Positions 25,301 through 38,251 of a stretch of DNA of 64,000 nucleotides are shown piece by piece (position 1 is the stretch's first letter; each line of letters opens with the position of its first letter). The notes under the pieces are model-generated. The model was given only the letters and a program-made list of their open reading frames with translations. It searched no databases and was not told where the DNA came from. The stretch is from positions 18,724,001 through 18,788,000 of the forward strand of contig OZ365112.1 of assembly GCA_977030845.1 (NCBI GenBank), read 5' to 3'. This DNA comes from Fimbriosthenelais zetlandica. Its lineage: Eukaryota. Made by a program: the position numbers and the translations under genes.

Positions 25301-27869
25301 AGTTTGACCGTCGAGTGCCCAATGACAGTTGCAAGAGGTCACTTAGAACACTGATCGTACAGGAACTGCCAACGCCTTCTACTTGCCCTCCATTCACAGC
25401 ATCATTTTCGCGGGAAAAAAATAAAAGAGGGGCAGGTAATAAGAGCACACAAATATCAGGAAGTCCTCTTCTCATAGCAAGTAGAAAATACTTCAAATAT
25501 TGATCATAAATGTTTCAGTCTAAACGCTACCGAGGAAAATCAATTTATATATTGGGATTTACTCGGGGGTGGGGGTTCTTTGTCCGCGTGCTTCACGTGC
25601 ACCCGATCTTTACTGTGCCAGATGGTGACATGAATGGAGACAGTATATAGGGAGGGGGGGGGGGGGGGGGGGGGGGGTGGAAGGGGAGTGGGTGGGTGTG
25701 GGGTCACGCCTCATGTACCTATATATGTGATTCGGGGTTGGTGGATTTTTGTCCCCGGACGTAAAGGTCTGATCAAGCAGGCCCTTAGTCTTATCACGGA
25801 TCCGGGTCTTTGTTTATATAATTACTGTAGTATATCTGTCCCTGTCTAATGTTCCCCACCCCGTCTCCATCATGGCAGTAATTATTCACGCGTCACTGAC
25901 ACACATTCCGTGATTATTCTATAATAGGACATAATGTCTGTTGGCTGTATACATAATGACTGAAATGAATTCGAGCAAAATAATATGTCTGGGGCCTCGA
26001 ATTGTTTGTATTCCAAATTGACAATGATTATATTTGTTCAGAGGCGAAAAACGTTGGGTATTATCAGAACTCGTATATTTTAGCACTGGGACTGTACAAT
26101 ATGCTCACCAGTATAATTATCGACATTTGAACTGTATTACATAAAAATGTGTATGTATGTATATAATCATATATCCGAGCAAAGTTTTGACAGATCATAT
26201 CATGTGTATAATAATGCTGCACATAATGCAGAAGTATAGTACCGATATACAAGGGGTATAATTGGATATATATATGTTCTGAAATACACTTATGTACATC
26301 ACCTATTTACCCATACCACCTGTAGTCATGGTAACTAGAGCCGGGTAAACCGGACAAACCGTGACAGATGGACTTGTTTAAAAAAAACTGCCAGGGGCAA
26401 ACAAGTTAGCGTTCCTATGGCAACGCACTTAGACTGACCACCTGAATGACCAATCTTTAATCCGGGTACAAAAATTCACCCACACGATGTTGGCCCATTA
26501 CAGTACGGAGTCAGTCTAAATGGGAGAGATGGTATGATCAGTCCTCTCAAAGCCTGGCTCTTAATTTTTCTATCACATTAATCATTTAGAGCTCCTATCC
26601 AATACTTCAGAAACCATATGTATATTATTTTCTCTAATCAAGGATAACAATAATGATCATTCCGGTCTCCCCCTCGTACAAAGGATATATAATAAGCATT
26701 AATAGGCATACGCTATTCCTTAGTCCTATCAGTTGGCCCTACATGTACATGTATATACTAAAGCTGAGATGATTTAGTATAAGTTATAACAGCCTACTGA
26801 CTAGGAGAGTGAGATACCCTTCCGTTTTCCAAGCATGGAAGATCAATGAGTGAATGACTGTTGAAAAGGGCGATGAGGCGCCATCTAGTGGTTCACAACC
26901 ACAACCCGAATATCAGGCATAAACCCTGACAATAAAGTTACCTAGATCCCTTAAATTATTATTTCTCTCATCCCTATTGGCTATATAATAAATCTAGGCC
27001 TTAGGCTTAGTAATTTATTGGCCAAGATCCCCATTTATGAGAAAAAATAATTACCGGTACCTAGTCTACTTACTACTAGTACGGTACTACTAGTGGTAAG
27101 AAAAAATTATCACTGACAAGTTACTACTTCACCCCATAAGGTACAACCAGCTATTTTACCACACTTTGCTGATAAGTAATAGGCTACTAATAGGCCTAAA
27201 AGAGACAATTTTGATCATAACCTTTTGAGAGAGCATTTCCGGTTGAGCGATATACCGGGTATGGAATTTTTTATGGGATGGAAAATGTGACCTCTACCAG
27301 TTTGTTTGTAAACAGCTAAACTCACTCCAGTGCATTTGCTTTCTAATAAAGGTATTCGCGATAATTTCGAACATCATTTTGAAGTAGGCCTACACAGGGT
27401 CACCTGTCACTCTATACTATAGTCGTATAGACCATAAATGCGTGTACGGTACCCGGTAATCAAACTTCGACATAGCCACCACGTGCACCAGATATCATGG
27501 TGGCAACCATTTCGAGTTTGCCCAGAATGATCCAGGACAATGATCGTAACCTTACCAGTAGGTAAAGTCAGTCGAAATAATACAACTATATCTCCCGATG
27601 ATAACTAACATATCTTTATAAAATTCGATCTATACGTTTTATTACGACGTATCCGCAAAGTCAAAACTCAAAGATAACGACTCAGACGCAAATGACCGTC
27701 TTATGACTTATCCGAGTGATCGACGAGATCGATTACGCCTATAAAATAGAGATCTAATAGATTCACGCATACAAAAGATTATAATATGCATTCACTCCTA
27801 CCTTTTCCACCATTATACATTGTAGGGCAGGCAAAGTATTCTCGTAAAAGCCTCAAAAGGACGACTCAC

Positions 27870-27940
27870 CGGGCGACTCGCTGCCATCCCACCGCCATGA
27901 CTGCTCTTCTTGACTCGGCCGGTCCTAGTGGGAAAACTCG
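27870..27940 (-). other. Candidate first exon of the zinc-finger gene
   Basis: CpG-rich segment, ATG in good Kozak context at 27898 (GTCATGG), strong donor CCCG|GTGAGT at 27870/27869. The link to the zinc-finger gene is inferred from position only. Confidence 0.4.
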
Positions 27941-28290
27941 GAACTAGGCGGGGATTCCGCTAATGACGTCATCACTAGAAAGTAGGTCAGCAAAACCCAT
28001 CACAATCAACAAATCCATCCAGGCCAGACCGTACACAGGGGGATTTACATGTCTGCATGGACAATTTCCTATTTATTTGCTTGAATAAGGTTGGCATAAG
28101 ACTTTTAAACAAGTTACCACTGATTGGTAAGTATTCTTGACAGCTTTTAGATTGTCTTTTCGTGGGTAAATGTTTAGAAAAGCTTTTGTTTACATGTCTT
28201 GACATACATTGTCTTTGACTTTGTCTGTCGGGGTAGATGATTCTGAAGAAGTGAGGGCCTAATTATGTAGGGGCGGGGCGGTTCACTAAG
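27900..28290. promoter_or_regulatory. Probable bidirectional promoter (zinc-finger gene / ZER1-like)
   Basis: Palindromic CRE TGACGTCA at 27964-27971, GC box GGGCGGGGCG at 28271-28280, CCAAT-like GATTGG near 28122, and a plus-strand donor TTG|GTAAGT near 28127 upstream of the ZER1 acceptor at about 28582. Confidence 0.5.
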
Positions 28291-28593
28291 TTCCACGTCA
28301 TTCATTCTCTCGAAATTCTATCAAAGTCACATTATCTATTATAACCATATAGAATTGGGTTGCCTTTAGCTTTGACTTTGTGAGAAGCACTGACTGATGT
28401 AGGCCTACCCATAAATGATATGAAATGGTCCACTTCACTTGGAATTATTAAAGGCCCTATAATGCTAACGTTACCCATAGATAAGGTGTGAAAGCTAAAG
28501 CTTCATGAAAAAACTAATTAAATACGGTAGTTCATCGTTTCTTCATATTCCTATCCTATATTCAGTGTTTACTTTCTTTCAGTTTGAAGAAGA

Positions 28594-31500
28594 ATGAATC
28601 TCGACACAGCTGCATCATCCGTTGACGAACCTCCTGACTTAATCTGGCCATTCCAAGTGGATAGCTTGTGCAAACTATGTGTTAAATACATCGTTTCTGA
28701 ACTACATTATTTCTGCCATCTTGAGCCAAATGAGAATCGTTGGAGCCTTCGACCGGGTGTATACCTGCCTCCCCAAATCTCAGAGGATTTACTCCGAGAA
28801 TTTCAAAGACGTAAAATTGATTTGTCTGATGGCTTACTACATATTTTCTCTGATAAAGCAGCTGCGCCTTTGCGCAGGGTTAAAATCAATGCCTCGGAAG
28901 GAATGACAGATAAGGGCCTACGATACCTCCTGGCACATTACCTGATAGATCTGGACATCACATGGCATCATAAATTAACAGAGAAAAGTTACCTGATGAT
29001 TCAAGAATATGGCCGTAATCTCACACGTTTAGCCATCCGTAACGCTGCGCCTATGTTAAAATATGATCTTCTTAAATACTTGCCAGAAAACCCAGGCTTT
29101 AGACTCTTTGTGGAGACTGGAGATCTTAGCTCCATTGACCCTTTGGCTAAAGCTCTTGTCATGAAGAAAATACAGCAGACAGAAGAGGATGCCATTGCTA
29201 TCCATTTCACATGTCCAAAATTAAGATCTTTGACGATTCATTCACTCTGTTTGATCCGACATAGGACGCCAGATTACCTGGAGAGTGTATGTCGACCGTT
29301 ACATGGTCTGACATATATTGATCTCTCTCATTGTCCTGTTCTTGTGGACTCGCTTGTTTGGCTGAAGGGATTACCTCATCTTCTTGTCCTCATCCTCCAC
29401 TGTGTGCCAATTACCAGCTTGAAGGAAGCCTTTGACAACATAGGACACTTAAAGTCCCTCAGGTGGGTCATTAGAATTCACTAGGGGATTTTATGATCAT
29501 ATTGCTAACAATTATAATTGGATATGATCATATCTGAATGACTGTAAAACTTCTTATTGAATTGATGGATATCAAACAATTTTGTATTTAATTAATTTCC
29601 TTATCTAAGTAATGATTAATTAAAAACAGGTACGTCCTAATGATAATATATAATTGGAATATTTTATTTTATATACATGTATACTATGTGTCCTGATGAA
29701 TTATAGATCGTGGCAAAAATTTAAAAGCAATTTTCTCATCATTATGGAAATCTTCATTTCTCTGTCTTTACAGGACCCTCGATGTGAGTACCTCTCACCG
29801 CAACAGCCATATATTTGCTGATGGCGGCGTGGAGTTGGAAGTATTATTAGAAAAGTTGCCAAATCTGTGTGAACTCGACCTCTCAGGCACCAACATCGGT
29901 ATTCCTACTGATACAGTCCTCCGCGATGGCAGGTCTGTATTTTTTATTCACATTTATATCTATGAGGATCTATGAAAAGGTTGCTGGTGATTAATTCTAG
30001 TTATTTACCCATCTGTTTGTTTCAGAAATAAAAGTGGTATTCAGGGTCTCCATCGTGATGATTTAGAATTTCTCGGTCTACTTGGTTGTCCAGGCTTCGA
30101 TGATGGTACACACACCATTAAGGCAAAGCGGGTGAGGATCTTACCTCTGACTTTATTGCCTCTTGGTCCAATTTAAATAAAAATTTAAAGGCAATTAATT
30201 AATATATTTTAAGGGCTGCCCTACAGTTATATATATGACCTGATGCTGAGGGAAATGCTTGTATTTAGAATTGGTCGCTATGGATTGAGTTTTTATATGC
30301 CATGTTTTTGTGTTTGATCATGTAGGTAGCTGGGTCGTGGGGGGTGGAGGAGATGTTATGTGCAGGCCGCGTGTATGCTGAGAGGAAGGGTATGGTGACC
30401 ATGATTCTTCCTTCTCTTGTCATATCCCTGAGAAGCGTCGAGTACCAAGAAGAGCAATACCAACAGGCATTAACGGTAAGTTATTAACAAATACTAATCA
30501 CAGACCAGCATACAAGTTCAATATGTCATGAAAAATAACCATCAGTGGCTTGAAAATTATAAGTTAGATCTAAAAATGGGTAATTTGTTGAACTCGAAAA
30601 TGGAAGTCAATATATTTATTTCAGATTGTTCTAGACATCCTCCACCTGTACCTCAACTCCTACACCATAGCACATTACTCTGTGTAAGTATTCGTTAAAT
30701 TAAGCTTCTAAGAATACCTGGTATTTATTTTAGTGGAGTACGGTACCCTTAATATTTCCATTTCTTGGTCTTTCAGTCTCAGTCTGGCCTCTATCCTTGA
30801 TAAACATATGGGAAAGACTAAATGGATCAACACCAGGATGAAAAGGTAATTTCTTTAGATCAGAATTTATTGTTCTTAGATTAAGAAATCCTGTGGCACA
30901 TCTTAATCAGACCAGTTTACTTCACCATCACCCCCCGTCTATATTTTTTTCTTTCATCCTGTATTCTTTCATCCTTTAGGACTATAATTCTTTCCTTGCT
31001 GGACCTTATGGAGTGTCAGTGGCTCATGACTCACTTTAACAAGGCTGAACTCATGAGGAAGTGCTGTGCTACACTCTCTTACTTTGACTTGGCTAAGGAC
31101 CTTGTAAGTGGCCGATATTTTTTGAAATTCTTAAATGAATCCTGTCATATTATAACACAAATTTCATAAGTTACTACTACTGTACTGAAAAAATGACCAT
31201 TGGTTCTTGTAGAGATTTTGAACCTTTAAATAGCATTTTATGTGTCGTATGTTTTTACCCTGACCACTCTTGTCTTTCAGGTGTTCGCATATGAACGAGT
31301 AGTCACTATGCTGCTGTCACTGATCACTATAGATGGTGACTTAATGACCCATCAGGCCGTACAGACAGCCATCTACATCCTCCGTTATATGAGCTCACAG
31401 GTGGATGTACGTTACAAAGAAATGGCGGGTCAACTTGGCTGTATCAAAGTAGGCTTTATTTACAATATATTTATTGTTGATGTAAAACCTGTGTAAATTT

Positions 31501-33130
31501 TATGGATTTTTTAGATTTCAGAAGAGGTAAATGTATATGAATATTTCTCTCCACATGTTTCAGAAAATGCTGAGCGTGATAAACTGCTGTGTGGAGGCAG
31601 ACAATGATGGGAGCCCAGTCTTAGTGCGTGCATGGAGCGTCTTATGGAGTCTCACAGGTACTCATATCTCATACATATCTCATCTCTCTCTTAGGACAAC
31701 ATATTTCTCTTTCTATTGCTTGATATAAATAATATGTCTTCTCTTATTATAAATTTGGGATCTTTCTTTAGACATGTCTCCGGCAAATTGTGAACGCTTC
31801 CTGGAGCATGATGGTCTGAAAACTTTCATGTATTGCTTCCGTGTGAGTATAACTATATGATAAAAGGAGTAAAATGTCCTAAAAATTAAATAGTATTTTT
31901 GGAAATAAAGTTTACAAATGGCCAACCACAATTTTACCGCGCAACTTAGCTCTTTACCTTTTCCTGTTTTTCTCATTTCAGTGGCTTCCAAATGACAGCT
32001 CTTTAACCAACAAAATATTTGGAATGTTGGTAAGTTCCCTAACTGACCATTTTCTTACATCGCTTATTTAAATATTTTATTTGTTACAATTAAAATTGTT
32101 TCCTGAAATCCTATATCAATTCAGAGCCATGGCCCCATATTATGTGAGGTGACACGTCAGTACCGTATCTATTATCTTATACCAGAACTAATAATTTCTC
32201 TGGTCACTTGTTTATACTCGTGAATATCGTTTTAGAGAAATGTTGTGGAAGTCCCACATTTGAGGCCAGCACTCATGACTGAGGAATATATCACAATATT
32301 CAGGTAATATTAGAAACAGTTCTTTCCTGTTCGCAAGTAGCAATTTTTGAGAACGAAAAAAATATTAAGATATCTAATTTATAATTCTAATAATATATAT
32401 ATGGATGTGGGATGGACTTTATTTTTATCTTCTAGTTACATGCTGCACTCTGAGCTTAACATCAGTAACAGTGCCTGTAGCATCCTGGCTCACCTGCTGG
32501 CAGACGGGCCTGAGTCGTGGACAGTCCAGATACCTGTGGATGACCTGATAGGACAGATGACGGTCACTATAGAGCGCTGGGATCTCAATGAACGTCACAA
32601 CGTTAGATACAGGTCAGATATATTGTATAGCCGAAAGTGAAGCCCATGAATTTATATATACTTAAAGATAATCAAGTTATAATTTTTAAATGATTTATTT
32701 ATTCTGTTCCAGATCCTTTGAACCAATGCTTCAGTTGTTAAAGTGCTATAATCCCATGATTTGCATGTACTGGGCAGCCTGGGAAGTGACCAATATGGTC
32801 CTCAAGGATGGTAAGGGCCATCTTTATATTTTGTAAACCGATTCTCAATTATTCTTAGAAATCATTTACAATATATTGTGGAATTCCCCACAATAGACTT
32901 TGTGGAAATGTCAGTCTGCATAATATGTCTGGGAATTCTTTTGATTTATTCATTCTAAGCGTATCTTATTTTATGCCGCAGCCACTCGCTACTGCCCAAT
33001 ATTGGACAAGGAAGGAGGCATCCTGCTGTTACAGGAACTCCTCTCTGATCCCCGCCCCACTGAGAAGATCCGGCAGCTGGCCGAGCTCATCCTAGAAGAG
33101 TGGGAATCATGGAAGAGAACGCTTTCCTGA
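28594..33130 (+). CDS. ZER1: ZER1/ZYG11-family CRL2 (ElonginBC-Cul2) substrate receptor; BC/VHL box, LRR, ARM repeats
   Basis: N-terminal SLCKLCVKYI...LPPQISEDLL box; LRR region; exons from 28594-29462 and 29774 onward to 32982-33130. ARM motifs AWSVLWSLTDMSPANCERFL, GMLENVVEVPHLRPALM, SACSILAHLLADGPESW, RWDLNERHNVRYRSFEPML, YCPILDKEGGILLL align with recalled ZER1. Confidence 0.9.
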
Positions 33131-34334
33131 CAACATTCAACCATCTAACATGTGGTCGTTTCGTATATATTCACTAGTTTTAACATGCCCTACTGCTACT
33201 TACCTTGTGAAGCTTTATCACTACTTCAGTACAAACATTTATTTTATATACAAATGATGGCCAGCCCGACTGGTAAGGAGATAAGACCTTCTGTTGAAAC
33301 TTTCACAGGATATGTGAATTCATTCGCCTTGGCGGTTTGGGATCAGAACATTGTATCGTGCCATATCACTTTGATGTGAAGGCAAAAACCTTTTTTTAAC
33401 GCCACGGAAATCATATCATTATATTAAGTCTGCTAATGAGTCTTGGTCTGAGAATTATCTTCCAGCACGAGGATATTAATTTAATGTCTACAGACCATTG
33501 TTGATGTTCAACTGGGAGATCATCTAGATTACATGACTATCAAAGTTACTATCAGCTTTTATTCATTTATTTCGTGTAAAAATAATTACTAATTGCCAAG
33601 TTTGCAGGGCAAATATATATATAGGATTTATTTAATTCACTTTAATATTTTAAAGTATATTTTTTCTAGCGTATTAATTTTGCAGTGATTTATTTTCTGT
33701 TGGACACATTCATTGAAAAAAGTTTCATTGTATAGATCGCATTTATTTATTAGTATGTATTCCACAAATTGTTTTGTAATTTTATAAAAAAATATATGTT
33801 AGGATAGGATCCTAGGACAATATTGCAGATATTCTTTCCATACATTACGATCATTCTAACTAAATACATGTAAAATAGATATAAAACATCAATTGTATGG
33901 GTATTAGTTCCCACTAAACCCATTAGATACTTCAGCGTTACCTGGTCATTATCCATTGCAGTTTTATCGGCAACAAAAATCCATAAAAATTGATATAACC
34001 AAAATAAAAACTTCTAAAAAATACATCGTTAGTAACAATAACTTAAGACAAATAAAATCTTCAACAATTTGCCAACGCTGCTCAACCGCGGTCTGTCGTG
34101 TGACTGACGAGGGGTGGTCATCAAAGTTCACAGCTAAAAAATTAAAGAAAAACAGGTTATAACATGTATATTGGTTCTAAATAAATTCAGATAAACAGAT
34201 TTTTCGTCATTTTCTTTTGTTTGATCGCCGATAGGCCAAGGAAAGATTATTAACATACCCTTTTAGCCAAGAAGCAACTTACTAAGACAAGTTCAATAAA
34301 TATGGAAATTCATATGGTCGAATAAAGTGAGAGC

Positions 34335-36144
34335 TCACCCCAGATTTGCTAGCTTTTTCTTGTACATATTCTCAAGTTGTAGTTTTCGTAGCTGGTCAGC
34401 GTTAAGTTCTACTCCTCTATCCAAGTCCTCTCGCAGACTTGCGACCTGTATCCAAAAATACAAGCCAATCATTTACTAACTCTGTCATTTATGATTGTGT
34501 TTTCAGACATACATGCGACTACTAGGTTAAAACTTAATGATATACAGGCTCACCTCTTGCAATTTTTTCTTAAACTTGCGAATGTCTTTAGCCCTCCGGT
34601 CCTGTCCTGCATCTTCTTCGCCACTCCTGGAATCACTGTCACCACATGAGCCACCAGTCTGGCAGATTACTACAAATAAAAAACTCCGTTAACATACCAA
34701 GTACAAAAGCCGCATAGCGTAAAATATAATTACATTAAAACGAATCAGACATAAGTTAAATAAAGCTAATAGACTGCTTGCCTCTTTGGTGATCAAGACG
34801 GAGTGCTAACCCACGCCCACGACCTATGGGACCGTGAGAGACGGTGGAGGAGCTAGTGGAGGATCCAGGAGGCTGAGTGCAATCATTCTCATTACGCTCT
34901 TCATTCTTCCTCAATATAGCACGTCCACGACCGATCCCAGCCAATGCTAGCGGGTTTCCAGGCCTCTGTAAAGGTCGAATAAAATAGCATTGAAATTATA
35001 TACAAATTATATTAAACATCCTAACAAAGTTGGTTATGTAATGTAGTATACATGCTAACAAAAAAGCATCTGACGTATAGAACATGGTTCCTTCCTAAAG
35101 ACAAAATATCAAAATCTATAAAGACTATACTCGCCTTAGATTTTTCTGTGGCCTTTGGTTTGGATTTTGGCTGTCGTAATAGACCTCTTTCACCATTTGG
35201 GCCAGTTTCGCTGGGTGGTTCCCATTCTTCATCAGGGTGGATATCTTCGTATGGTGAGGCTCCACTCAACCATTTATTGATGTCTTTTGTTGGACCTTGA
35301 TGACTTGGAACTTTAGGAGCCAATGGTTTAATTTCAGCAGCGTTCAGTCGTTGAAGGATGCCTGGCTGAACTGAAAAAGGGGGTTTTCAAGTTTACGTTA
35401 ATATTACAGATAGTAGATGATTATAAGCCACTTCTAAGTGTAAGCAGATAAAGTCATGTAAAATGTAAGTTGGAATATTACCCAGATCGGCCTCCCAATC
35501 CTCGGTCTGCCAATGCTGGACTGGAGGAGTATCCTCTAATGGAACGTACCTGACAGGTGTAGCTGAAAAATGGAAAAGAAAAATTCAACATGCATTTTAA
35601 TTTACTAGCTAAAACAGTCGATAGTAAAATGCCATTATTATACTTTTAATAAATTCTATTGTAAATTAAACTGACTAACTGGACAACTTATGGAGCACTG
35701 CGACAGAGATAAAGTACTTACGGCGAGGTGCAAGGGCCTGCTCCAGTCTGACTTTGAAGGGACATGTGGCCATATGCTGACGTATCTGGCTTTTCTCAAT
35801 CACATGAATATGGTTAAAAGGACATCTCTCAACTTCGACGCCCGTGTAGACCTAGAATAATAGCAAGAGACGATCAGTTCACCAGAGTGAGCGATAGCGA
35901 GTTAGGGAAATCAAAATATACCTGGCTTAGACTTCAAACTTTACTACTATGTTTATCAATTTTGCACTGTTCGGTCGTGAGTAAAACTTAAATAAAATAT
36001 AATTGATTCCAAAGCTAAAGGGAAACTTCTCACCTTCTTGCACTTTTCAAGATGTCTTGAAAATCGGTAAGCATCTACCAAATGCTCCTTGTTGTAGGGA
36101 CATACCATCAGTTGATATTTGTCCGGCACATCGTATTTCGCCAT
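34335..36144 (-). CDS. GTSF1: Gametocyte-specific factor 1 (GTSF1/Asterix)-like protein, ~322 aa, two CHHC (U11-48K type) zinc fingers with an extended C-terminus
   Basis: Exons 36034-36144, 35722-35851, 35482-35562, 35135-35370, 34782-34965, 34554-34669, 34335-34445 (969 nt). Fingers CPYNKEHLVDAYRFSRHLEKC and CPFNHIHVIEKSQIRQHMATCP; acidic Trp motifs HWQTEDWEAD and DEEWEPP. The model needs GC donors at 35134 and 34781. Confidence 0.85.
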
Positions 36145-36809
36145 TTTTAAAAAATAAATATCTTCTTGGCTATTTTTTTAGGGTATTCCTCGGTTTCAAT
36201 CTGAAATATGTGATTTATATGTATATTATAATCTAGTCCTAGTACTCCTACCTACCCACACCTAGTACTGTCAGTACGAAATGTTTTGCATCAGCAAGAT
36301 GCCAAACCGGATACTATCATCTAGGCTCTAATATAGTATCCGGTCATCCTAACTATACCAATACCATGGCATGCTGCCTAGGCTGGAAGGTTCTAACTTC
36401 TGGCGCTTGGCGCCTAACGTTTAAAATATGATTAATATCTATCCCTGAGTTAAAAGTGTGGTGAGGAAATGTATCCCTTTCTCTCCCATGCCCATGAATT
36501 AACCCTGAATTTAAATGTGCTCACCTAATCCAGACCACTCAGCACTCCAAAACATAGATCTGAGAACAAGTCCAAGTAGACCTATCTTACATTTGTATAG
36601 ACATTTTCGTAAACGTTGTCTACAACGAAACAGATTTATCCAATCAAAAATTTAAATAATTAGACAAATTGCTTTTAATTAATTAATTTTGTAAGATAAT
36701 TGGACAATTTAATGCAATTTCCACACTTGAGATTTTACGAAACTAGACAAATAATAGGTTTCTAACTAAGATGGTGGTCGCATGCGGCCAAACATCGAGA
36801 TTGTCGTAG

Positions 36810-37940
<1,131 letters not shown>

Positions 37941-38251
37941 CAAGAAACTTACCGTACTCCTGAACATCTCGGTACAGGTAAGACTGTTCGTCTTCAATGT
38001 TCATTTTTCACAGAAAACGTTGGTATATCTATGTTCTAGGATGTAGAATGCCAGATTATTTATTCCCTGATTTTTTTTATCACAAAATCTTGATACAATT
38101 TTGTGGCTAGACAACGTACATAATTTTAGGAATTGGAATCATGGCTTTGTATTTTTCGATTGCCAAATATAGTTCAGGATTATGCCAGTGGCATTTGAAC
38201 AGTTGCTTGCGTCGTTATTCGTGGGGTATTTTGAATGCATCCAAGAATGTT

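Noticed and set aside
33128-33148. Stop-codon readthrough or selenocysteine at ZER1 (TGA-CAA)
   Set aside because: The context is not the CUAG or CARYYA readthrough motif, the extension is only five codons, and no SECIS was recognised.
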